Shown here: piece by piece, positions 35,863 to 43,748 of the stretch
Numbering within the stretch: the first letter of the stretch is position 1
Layout of the letters: every line of letters starts with the position of its first letter
Source: Verrucomicrobiota bacterium
Lineage (GTDB): Bacteria; Verrucomicrobiota; Verrucomicrobiia; Chthoniobacterales; UBA10450
Direction of reading: 5' to 3'
DNA: 55,134 nucleotides
NCBI GenBank assembly: GCA_041167305.1
Contig: JBEEHI010000138.1
Span: forward strand, 1 to 55,134
Made by a program: the position numbers and the translations under genes
The notes under the pieces: generated by a model
Seen by the model: the letters and a program-made list of their open reading frames with translations, nothing else
The model's database searches: none
Told to the model about the DNA's origin: nothing

Positions 35863-35885
35863 TGTGCTAGAATTTGTGCTAGAAT
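35863..35885 (+). repeat. tandem direct repeat tgtgctagaat-t-tgtgctagaat, each copy resembling an extended -10 (TGnTAnAAT)
   Basis: Read directly at 35863-35873 and 35875-35885. No ORF lies downstream on the plus strand. Confidence 0.6.
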
Positions 35886-36007
35886 GACTGCGTTTCTGCT
35901 CACCGTTCGCGCCAGAAGCGCATTTCCCTAGGACTGGCATTTTCCCCCTCGTGAAGACGCTTAGTTTTGAAATGAAAAGCGACGCTTTGAAATCGATGAT
36001 TTCGCAA

Positions 36008-36046
36008 TCCTAAGTCTGGCGCGTCTGCCAATTTCGCCACCCTGGC
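36008..36046 (-). pseudogene. 5' fragment of tRNA-Leu (anticodon TAG): acceptor 5' arm, D-arm, 5' anticodon stem and loop only
   Basis: The reverse complement reads GCCAGGG-TG-GCG-AAATTGGCAGA-CGC-G-CCAGA-CTTAGGA, matching the bacterial tRNA-Leu 5' half. The expected TCTGG 3' stem, variable arm, T-arm and acceptor 3' strand are absent. Confidence 0.7.
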
Positions 36047-36123
36047 TTCGTCGCTTTACAGCTACAACGATTGTGAAGGAAAACTATGGAAGCAGCAAGC
36101 AGAGGACGCCGGGCGGACAGTGA

Positions 36124-37164
36124 TCAGCCCCGCGGGTGCGCGAAGATTGCAAACGTGGCCGTCGCGAAAATCGCGGGAAAGATCAGTCGGCAACAACGGT
36201 CAATTGTTTTCGCCAGGCGCGCGCGATGATTTGTCTCCAGAATTGTCGTCGTTATCACCTCGATGAGAGAAAAGAAGATGAGGACCGTCCCCATCAGAAT
36301 GAACCCATCCAGCCGCGTCATGTAAGGCAGACGAGGCAGTTGGTTGTCGGTGGCGAAACGATAGGCAATCAGGGTGAGCATTGAAGTGACCGCGATGTTA
36401 ATCTGCGCGCTGGAATGGATTGGATCCATCCAGAAGACCGCCCATGACATGATCACGATCAAAACAAGCGGAAACATTACTTTTAGAATGTAATGCGATA
36501 CATTGCGGGCTGCAGTGAATTCGAAGGCGTAACTGGAATACTGATGGCCCGGTGTCAGCGCATAGAGGAGCGGCTTGAGCTCCCATTTTTCTATGGTCCA
36601 ATCCGGCAGCGTAACTGTGGCGGCGATCCCGCCAGCCCCTTTAAATCCCTCCTGAATCCAAACCTGATCCGGGATGAATATTACTTCGTCGGACTGATAC
36701 CGAACCGCGACCAGCTGAACACGAAAAGTTTGCCGATCGAATGGGAACGATTGTAATCGCAAAGGCTGCGTGAAAGCCCCGACGTAACGTTGCCGATCAG
36801 TGACCGTGCCATCGGGATCGACTTCGACAGAGTCCGGCATTTTGCGGCTGACGGAATTTGTCTCATTCACAATCCCAACGCGCGGATGCCAAATCTGTTC
36901 GAGCGGGTAGCGCACAACTCCGTTGCCGGTGTGAACCAAACGAGGATCTTTCCAGCGCAACATGACAGCTATCTCCGCGGTGAACGTCTGTTGGGCGCTG
37001 TCGATACTACTGATATCGGCGACCCACATTCCGACCGAGATTTCGGTTGGGCCGGAGTCGGCGTTTGGCCGATCAATTAACGGAGGCGTTTCTGCACTGC
37101 TCGCCAGCTGGATCGACCTCACCAGAATGCTGACGACCAATGCCGAACAGAATCTCCTATTCAT
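36124..37164 (-). CDS. prokaryotic pentameric ligand-gated ion channel (Cys-loop receptor superfamily, GLIC/ELIC-like)
   Basis: 346 aa. Signal peptide. MLRWKDPRL, FPFDRQTFRVQL, M1-M2 YILKVMFPLVLIVIMSWAVFWMDP, and four TM segments. Confidence 0.85.
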   Translation of the reverse strand: MNRRFCSALVVSILVRSIQLASSAETPPLIDRPNADSGPTEISVGMWVADISSIDSAQQTFTAEIAVMLRWKDPRLVHTGNGVVRYPLEQIWHPRVGIVNETNSVSRKMPDSVEVDPDGTVTDRQRYVGAFTQPLRLQSFPFDRQTFRVQLVAVRYQSDEVIFIPDQVWIQEGFKGAGGIAATVTLPDWTIEKWELKPLLYALTPGHQYSSYAFEFTAARNVSHYILKVMFPLVLIVIMSWAVFWMDPIHSSAQINIAVTSMLTLIAYRFATDNQLPRLPYMTRLDGFILMGTVLIFFSLIEVITTTILETNHRARLAKTIDRCCRLIFPAIFATATFAIFAHPRG

Positions 37165-38788
37165 TGGAATGACCGAGATTCCTTTTCAAGATTCGCGCGA
37201 CTTCCCGAATGGCTTGCGGGTTGTACTGCGCTCCGTGATCTGAATTGACGATCAACTCCGAGCGCGCCCCCTCGAGGTGAGAGCTCCAGTATGGAACTAC
37301 ACCATCGGAACTGTTGGGTGTGTCGCCCCGGCCGCGGTCTCCCATGATCGAATGATAAGGAATAACCGGCGTAATCGGCACCTTGTTGACCGCTTGCACG
37401 AATCGATCGTTGGGTTCGAGCGTATCGACGCTATTCGGCATGCGATTAAGCCGCCGGGCCGCGGGATCGGTAATCAGAAGTGGCTTCGTCGAAGTGTAGA
37501 TTGATGTGAGGAACCGTGGAGTCCTGACGAAAGAGGCTCCGATGCGACCGATCCAACCCGAAGCGAGTTTGCTGCCGCGATGCGGCGTCGAGATGAAGAT
37601 TGCGCTCTCAACATCCGGGCGATGATTAAACACCAAAGTCTGTTCGAGAAGTTTGCGCGTGTCGCTCGCGAGTGGTGTTTTGGCTGGCGGCGTCGAAAAA
37701 TAATCCCGCCAGATTTTGTCGCCGGCGTCGGTGATCATTAACCGGCAGATCAGCCCGCCCATGCTGTGACCGATTAGGACGACTCGTTTGTGGTTGGGGA
37801 ACGCGCGCTTCACTCCGTCGAGCTCGCGCCGGAATAGCGCAGCCGAATAAGGGTAGGGATAACCGCTCGGATAGCTGAAAAACCAAAACTGATAATGTTC
37901 TCTTATCCAAGGATCATTGCGGAGCGTGTCGACCATTGGGGCCCAACTCGCGCCTGTTTCCTGCAAGCCGTGAACAAAAATCACCGGCGTCCGTGCGGGA
38001 TCGTACGGCTGCAGCTGATACAACCGTGCGGTGTCCGCGTACTTTTCCGGATTGAGCACGCGTGACAATCCGAGCCGCTCCGGCCGCTCACGCGCGATTA
38101 ACATTGCTGTCGGCGCGATAAGATCGCCAGCCAACGGAAAATTGCGTTTGCCTAGAGCAACTCGCTCCGACTTCATCGGATCGACAAAATCGAGTTCTGC
38201 GTTGGGGCCGGAGAATCGTATTGTTGCCGTGACCGGTGCGTAAACTCGCGGCAGCTTGTACTCTCGATGAAACCCCGGATTTTCTGAGCGAGCGACCGCA
38301 ACCAAAGGTGCGCCAAATCCGTTAATGGAAGAGCGCGTTTTGAAAAATTGCCCGCTGATCTTCAAACTGTCTGTCGGAAACAAATCGTGTCGACTCGGAT
38401 CGTGTTCCGGATCGAGAGGCTTGGGACTAGTGAGCAAGAAACTTCCTTGATTGAATGGGACATTGATCGCCTTGCGCCAGGGCTGCAGGTTCGCGCGCCC
38501 CACGTTTTCGACTGCGCGCGCAACAGAGAAGTTATAAATGCTTTGTGCCGACGAGTCGCTCGGCCGTCGTTCGAGCACGCTGAGCGATAACTTCGCGACC
38601 GAGAGATCGTTGCCCAGTGCGATCAACGGTTGTTCGCGTTCCGCGGCACTCAACTTTCGGGTTGCGACCGCAAGTTGTTCATCGCTCGCGGCAATCGTGG
38701 GAACGTGCGGCTCTGTCGTTTTCACCGTCGCGAGATGCGCACATCCGCAGAGAACCAATCCGCTGAACGCTAAGATCGACAGTTTCAT
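37157..38788 (-). CDS. alpha/beta-hydrolase lipoprotein (lipase/esterase-like)
   Basis: ATG 38788 (ATGA overlap with the FUSC stop). Lipobox LVLCGC. PVIFVHGLQETG and VVLIGHSMGGLI (GxSxG). Confidence 0.75.
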   Translation of the reverse strand: MKLSILAFSGLVLCGCAHLATVKTTEPHVPTIAASDEQLAVATRKLSAAEREQPLIALGNDLSVAKLSLSVLERRPSDSSAQSIYNFSVARAVENVGRANLQPWRKAINVPFNQGSFLLTSPKPLDPEHDPSRHDLFPTDSLKISGQFFKTRSSINGFGAPLVAVARSENPGFHREYKLPRVYAPVTATIRFSGPNAELDFVDPMKSERVALGKRNFPLAGDLIAPTAMLIARERPERLGLSRVLNPEKYADTARLYQLQPYDPARTPVIFVHGLQETGASWAPMVDTLRNDPWIREHYQFWFFSYPSGYPYPYSAALFRRELDGVKRAFPNHKRVVLIGHSMGGLICRLMITDAGDKIWRDYFSTPPAKTPLASDTRKLLEQTLVFNHRPDVESAIFISTPHRGSKLASGWIGRIGASFVRTPRFLTSIYTSTKPLLITDPAARRLNRMPNSVDTLEPNDRFVQAVNKVPITPVIPYHSIMGDRGRGDTPNSSDGVVPYWSSHLEGARSELIVNSDHGAQYNPQAIREVARILKRNLGHSNE

Positions 38789-39903
38789 TTTGCGTTTGCC
38801 GATTCGATTCGTTCGCGCTCGGGCCAAATGTATCGGAAGACGAATCCCGTGACGACGAGACCGAAGAGAATTCCAACGACACGATTGCGGACGTTATCGA
38901 GATCGGTATCGGGTGCGTAGCCTTGAAAGACGCTGTAAAAGAATGCGAACGCGATTTGGAAGCCGGCGTAGCTGGTCCGTTCGCTTCCGGTCGCAACCCA
39001 GCCCGCGATCGCAGTCGCACAAACAACAAGAACGACGAGCGACGCGATCGTCTCCATGTGCGGCGTGAGGAAAATGATGGAAGAAAGCGCGAGCGCTCCG
39101 CCGATCACGCACCCCACGATTCGCAGAGTGCCTTTGTAAAGCGTCGCCTTTGTGCTCTCCAGCGCGATGAATGTGCAGGTGATGAACGCCGTATGGATTC
39201 CCGTCCAATCGATCGACTCATAGACGATGTAGCAGAACATCGCGGCGAAAGTGACCTTAAGAGCGAAATGTAGGTGCGCCGGATTTGTGAATGCGTCCGG
39301 CACAAATAAACTATGCCCATCCGGTTCGGACTTTGGTTTGGGCAGTGCGGCGGTCTTCGGTGTGTCCGGCAAAAACAACAAGTTCAGCACGACGGTGACG
39401 GCGATGGCGTAGGCGATGGCTACCCAGAGCCATAGAAGGCCGCGAACCAATAGTTCGGGTGACCGAATCTCTTCGCCGACGGATTGGGAGATAGCCACAA
39501 CAAACCCGAGGAGGAATCCGAGTGGACCGATTACCAGGGCCCGCGACAACCACATTCCGAGAAACAGCGCGATTGCCATTCCGGGAATGCGCAATTCCGG
39601 ATGACCGTACGTGAACTTGTAAAGTAGAAGAGTGGCGCTAATGCCGACGGTCAGAACAATAATTCCACCGACCCCCGTAATTGTCGTGAGTAGCTTGCTC
39701 TCCTTCGAGATGAAGAAAACCATGTAGGCGCTTGTAGCCAGCTGCGGCACTTGGAGCGCCATCGAAATGATGACGCACAAAACCGCGCCGGCGACGATGA
39801 TGGCTGTTCGGATTTCGCGCGGGTGTGTCGGCGCCAGCTCGCTCTTTAACCAGCCGATCCAATTGGAATCAACCGCTTGGGGTTCTAGAAGTGTCGCGCT
39901 CAT
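38785..39903 (-). CDS. FUSC-family (AaeB-like) inner-membrane efflux protein
   Basis: ATG 39903, 4 nt after the HlyD stop. 372 aa multi-TM protein. ALKVTFAAMFCYIVYES...TLRIVGCVIGGALAL. Confidence 0.65.
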   Translation of the reverse strand: MSATLLEPQAVDSNWIGWLKSELAPTHPREIRTAIIVAGAVLCVIISMALQVPQLATSAYMVFFISKESKLLTTITGVGGIIVLTVGISATLLLYKFTYGHPELRIPGMAIALFLGMWLSRALVIGPLGFLLGFVVAISQSVGEEIRSPELLVRGLLWLWVAIAYAIAVTVVLNLLFLPDTPKTAALPKPKSEPDGHSLFVPDAFTNPAHLHFALKVTFAAMFCYIVYESIDWTGIHTAFITCTFIALESTKATLYKGTLRIVGCVIGGALALSSIIFLTPHMETIASLVVLVVCATAIAGWVATGSERTSYAGFQIAFAFFYSVFQGYAPDTDLDNVRNRVVGILFGLVVTGFVFRYIWPERERIESANAK

Positions 39904-39907
39904 GGAA

Positions 39908-40843
39908 TTATTTCCGAGGACCTTGGATGATCGCGACCGCGGACGCGCCCATGCGGAAGAGATCGACATCGGGATTTTGGACTTCGATGCGCACGGGGAA
40001 TCTTTGCGCTACGCGAACCCAGTTTAGTTCGCGCTTAACGTAAGGCACACCACCGGGTAGCAAGTCGATCTCGCCTTCGGGCTTCACGGCCCATCCGATT
40101 CCCTGCACTTTTCCATGAAAGCGTTGGTTAGGCACGGATGAGAGGTAGACAATCGCCTCGCTGCCCGGAGCCATATGTCGAACTTCCGCTTCGCGAAAAT
40201 TTGCGACCACGTACCATTTGCTCGTATCCAGCAACGAGAAGATGGGGACTCCGGCGGTAACATGAGCGCCGGCCGAAATGTTGAGATTGATGACACGTCC
40301 GGAAAAAGGCGCGATGACCTTGCAGTAGGAGAGATGGAGTTCCTCGAGGTTGATGGCCGCCACCGCGCCTTGCCGCTGAGCTTGTAGCGTTGTCTCTGCT
40401 GTTCGGGCTTTATCGACGATGTCGGCGGTAGTAAAGCCGTGGGGCAGGAGTGGCTCCAAGCGCTGCAGCGTGTCATGCGCTTGTGCAATCTGTTGATCCA
40501 GAGCGGCCAACTCAGCTTTAGCCTTTTCCAGGATGAGCCTGTAATCTTCCGGGTCGATTTCGAAAAGCACGTCGCCTTCTTTGACCGCCTGGTTATCCAG
40601 CGCATTCAGCTTGAGGATTTGCCCGCTCACACGCGGCGCAATTCCCACTACATTGGCGCGCGCAGTCGCATCATCCGTGCGCGGATTCCGTTCGATGATT
40701 CCCCACACGTAGAGAGTGATCAGCACCGCGCTGGCCACGATGATCAGACTGACGATCTTGCGAGCGAACTTGTGGTGCTCAATGCCGATTTTCGCTGAGG
40801 TCGAGACGCTCTCTTCGTTTGAAGGTGTGGCGGGTTGATGCAT
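39908..40843 (-). CDS. HlyD-family membrane fusion protein (AaeA-like)
   Basis: ATG 40843. One TM segment, then ARANVVGIAPRVSGQILKLNALDNQAVKEGDVLFEIDPEDY, a coiled coil and a beta-barrel. Confidence 0.8.
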   Translation of the reverse strand: MHQPATPSNEESVSTSAKIGIEHHKFARKIVSLIIVASAVLITLYVWGIIERNPRTDDATARANVVGIAPRVSGQILKLNALDNQAVKEGDVLFEIDPEDYRLILEKAKAELAALDQQIAQAHDTLQRLEPLLPHGFTTADIVDKARTAETTLQAQRQGAVAAINLEELHLSYCKVIAPFSGRVINLNISAGAHVTAGVPIFSLLDTSKWYVVANFREAEVRHMAPGSEAIVYLSSVPNQRFHGKVQGIGWAVKPEGEIDLLPGGVPYVKRELNWVRVAQRFPVRIEVQNPDVDLFRMGASAVAIIQGPRK

Positions 40844-40844
40844 G

Positions 40845-41138
40845 TCAGTTCTGGTAAAACAAAATCCAGCTCGCGAAGGTGAAGATGATCGCCAGAGACG
40901 AATAGATGAGCGGCGCCGGGCCAAGGTACGGTTTTAGGTTGCCCACCTGGACAATCCAACGGGCGATGAGCGTTAGCGTCAGTCCGCTGACGATGCAGAC
41001 CATCCAGGCCGGAAAATAAGAGCCGAGAACATCGACAGTCGGCGAGCGGAAACTCACCAAGCGCGACGCGCCGAAAAGGAGGACGAGCAGCACGAACCCA
41101 CCGGCGACAAATTTCGGAAATGTTCGATGCGTTTTCAT
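40845..41138 (-). CDS. DUF1656/AaeX-like small membrane protein
   Basis: 97 aa with 2-3 TM segments, located between the TolC-like and HlyD genes as in aaeXAB-type operons. Confidence 0.55.
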   Translation of the reverse strand: MKTHRTFPKFVAGGFVLLVLLFGASRLVSFRSPTVDVLGSYFPAWMVCIVSGLTLTLIARWIVQVGNLKPYLGPAPLIYSSLAIIFTFASWILFYQN

Positions 41139-42655
41139 CGTTCCAATGGTCTGACGGCCCCAGGTCGCAGCGGTCGGGAGGATGGCCGCGCCAGGTCGCC
41201 GGTGCTCAAGGCGAGCGCAGCTGCGCTGGTAAAAATTGTGGACTGGGTGTCGTGGCTCACACTTCGCGCGGCCGCCAGGTTTCGCTGCGCACTAACGATC
41301 TCGGGATAGGTGCCGAGCCCGTTCTTGTAGGATTCCAAGACCGCGTCGAAGGCATTTTGCGATGCCGTGACCAGCTTGGCGGCGGAATCCTGTTTGCGGA
41401 GCGCGGTCTTGAAATCCGTGTAGGCCTTCCAAACTTCGCGCACGGCGGAGTCGCGCGCGCCGGCGAGCTCGTTCTGGGCGCCGCGAAATTCGGCCTCGGC
41501 CATTTCCATTTTGTGACGGCGACCGAAACCGTCGAAGATCGGCACGTTGACAGTCAGAAAGGCGCCGAACGTTGGCTTGCGGTCCCCGAAATATTTGGAC
41601 CCGGCGATGCTAACATCGAGCTCGGTCTCGCTCACGTGCGCGTCGATGGCGACTTTCGGATAATACTCCGCGCGCACTCGTCGAATTTCGTTCTGCTTCG
41701 CGTGCACGTTTGCGAGCTTTGCCACCAGGTCGGGCCGCTGCGACAGTGCTCGGCCGATTAGTTCATCGACCGAACCGTTTGTTTGCTCCGAGGTCGATCG
41801 TTGTCCGAGGTCGACCACGTTCAGCGGCACAGTTGGCAACGCTCCGATGCTCTCCACTAACGCCACCCGTGCGTCGCTCTCCAAGCCGGTCGCTGCTTCA
41901 ACGTCGAATGCGGATTGCGCGCTTTGCTGTTGCGCCTGGAGCAGCTCGGGCTTGGTCGCGAGCCCATTGTCAACGCGCGCCTGCACCGCTTGCTCGACTG
42001 TTTGCGCGGCTTCCAGCGCGCTCCGCGCCACGAGGACTTTTTGGCGAGCGGTCCCGAGTTGATAAAAACGCTCCGTTACCTGGAAAACGATTTTCTGATG
42101 AGTGGCGTTGAAGCCCACATTCGCCATCATCAATTGTTCTCTGGCCGACGCGACCACCGCGCTTCGTTCGCCGAAATCGAGCAACAACCATTTCGCGCTC
42201 AACTCTCCGCGGTAAACCTGAGACTCGGTGACAAGCGAGCTACCACCGGTAACCGATACCGCGCCGAGACTCGGGAGTTTCTTTTGATCCACCGCCAAGG
42301 TGGGGAACGGAATGAAAGCGCGGTCGTAACCTGCGGCAGCAGACGCGACGATGAATGGATAGTAGGCGCTTTCACTCAACCCGACCGCCGCTGCCGCGTG
42401 TCGCGCGCGTTCCCAGGCCACGCGGGTTTCTGGGTTGTTGCGCTCGGCGACGTCGATCAACTCGGCGAGGTTGTAGACTTTTCGCGGATTGATCGTCAGC
42501 CGCGAGGACCCAGCCTCACTTCCGCGGAGTTCGCGTTCGTAATTCGGAAGATTCGGTGGTGCCCAAGCTCTCTCAGAGCTTGGCGGGGGATCATTCCGCG
42601 CAGTCGCGACTGCGAATGCCAGAAACAATTGCAGGAGTGAGACGCGCGCAACCAT
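41135..42655 (-). CDS. TolC-family outer-membrane efflux protein
   Basis: 506 aa. Signal peptide. Two repeated alpha/beta halves (LAELIDVAERNNPETRVAWE...; LDELIGRALSQRPDLVAK...). Confidence 0.8.
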   Translation of the reverse strand: MVARVSLLQLFLAFAVATARNDPPPSSERAWAPPNLPNYERELRGSEAGSSRLTINPRKVYNLAELIDVAERNNPETRVAWERARHAAAAVGLSESAYYPFIVASAAAGYDRAFIPFPTLAVDQKKLPSLGAVSVTGGSSLVTESQVYRGELSAKWLLLDFGERSAVVASAREQLMMANVGFNATHQKIVFQVTERFYQLGTARQKVLVARSALEAAQTVEQAVQARVDNGLATKPELLQAQQQSAQSAFDVEAATGLESDARVALVESIGALPTVPLNVVDLGQRSTSEQTNGSVDELIGRALSQRPDLVAKLANVHAKQNEIRRVRAEYYPKVAIDAHVSETELDVSIAGSKYFGDRKPTFGAFLTVNVPIFDGFGRRHKMEMAEAEFRGAQNELAGARDSAVREVWKAYTDFKTALRKQDSAAKLVTASQNAFDAVLESYKNGLGTYPEIVSAQRNLAAARSVSHDTQSTIFTSAAALALSTGDLARPSSRPLRPGAVRPLER

Positions 42656-42667
42656 CGTTGATTTCTC

Positions 42668-43747
42668 CTACGCTGCTTGTGGAATGAGGACGGTGGTCGA
42701 AAGCTGTCGTGGCGCCGATCTCCAGCGGCTCTGCGCTTCTCCGGCCTGAAGTTTCTCCGTTATCGCCGCAACGTGCGCCTTGATGATTCGATCGCACGCG
42801 GTCAACTCCCGCTTACGAGCCTGAACACCCTGCCGAGCCACTGCCTCCAGATCATCTATATTAAATAGAGAAACGTGATCGAGTCCGGTCACATCCGGAT
42901 CGATGTTACGCGGCACGGACAGATCGATGAGCAGCAGCGGGCGATTCCGCCGTGCCTTCATTAGATTCTCGATATCGTCGCAACTCAACAAGGTCTTAGC
43001 GCTGCTCGTCGCAGCGACGACAACGTCGACCTTGCGCATTTCAAAAAGGCAATAACCGAAACAGACCGCGTTTCCGCCGCATCGGTTAGCCAGATCGATT
43101 GCGCGATCGAAGGAGCGACTCGAAACGAAGATCGAGCGGACACCTTTGCGGACCAGCGATTGGACGCAGCGTTCAGCCATATCGCCGGCGCCGATTACCA
43201 TTACTGATTTGTCGGCGAGCTCGTCGCTGAAAGCTTTCTCGATCAACTCAATCGCGGTGCTCTTAATTGAAACTGTGCCGCGACCGATTGCTGTGCGCGT
43301 GCGAATCTCCTTGGCCGCCTGAAAAGCTCTTTGGAACAAACGGTTCAATACTGGCCCGGTCAGTCTGGCTTCACGCGCAGTCTCATAAGCATTCTTGATC
43401 TGGCCGGTGATTTCGGTTTCGCCGAGCGTCATCGAATCCAATCCGGCCGTGACTTTAAATAAGTGACGCGCGGCCTCGGCGTCCCTGTGAACATAGATAT
43501 ATGGATCTAAATCGATCGGCTCGGAGGACAGGAGTTTCAGAGCCGACTTAATGCGATCGATCGACTGTTGCGTCGTTCCGTAAATTTCGACGCGATTGCA
43601 GGTTGAAAGCAGGACCACTTCATCTAAATGGCGAAACCACTTCAGATAGTGCGCAACATCGACCAGTTCGTTGCGTTGCACCGCCAGTTGCTCGCGAACT
43701 TCCACCGGCGCGGTTTTGTGACTGATTCCCGCGACGAAGAATTTCAT
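42668..43747 (-). CDS. hemA: glutamyl-tRNA reductase
   Basis: MKFFVAGISHKTAPVEVREQL...LSTCNRVEIY...VIGAGDMAE. At 359 aa it has a short C-terminus. Confidence 0.85.
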   Translation of the reverse strand: MKFFVAGISHKTAPVEVREQLAVQRNELVDVAHYLKWFRHLDEVVLLSTCNRVEIYGTTQQSIDRIKSALKLLSSEPIDLDPYIYVHRDAEAARHLFKVTAGLDSMTLGETEITGQIKNAYETAREARLTGPVLNRLFQRAFQAAKEIRTRTAIGRGTVSIKSTAIELIEKAFSDELADKSVMVIGAGDMAERCVQSLVRKGVRSIFVSSRSFDRAIDLANRCGGNAVCFGYCLFEMRKVDVVVAATSSAKTLLSCDDIENLMKARRNRPLLLIDLSVPRNIDPDVTGLDHVSLFNIDDLEAVARQGVQARKRELTACDRIIKAHVAAITEKLQAGEAQSRWRSAPRQLSTTVLIPQAA

Positions 43748-43748
43748 A

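Noticed and set aside
35900-36046. The possibility that the tRNA-Leu is intact but interrupted by an intron. A TCTGGCGC complementary to GCGCCAGA lies about 100 nt downstream on the minus strand.
   Set aside because: No T-arm (GGTTCGAATCC-like) and no 3' acceptor strand (CCCTGGC) follows that point anywhere in the gap. The break also sits after the anticodon loop, which is not the position used by bacterial group I tRNA introns.
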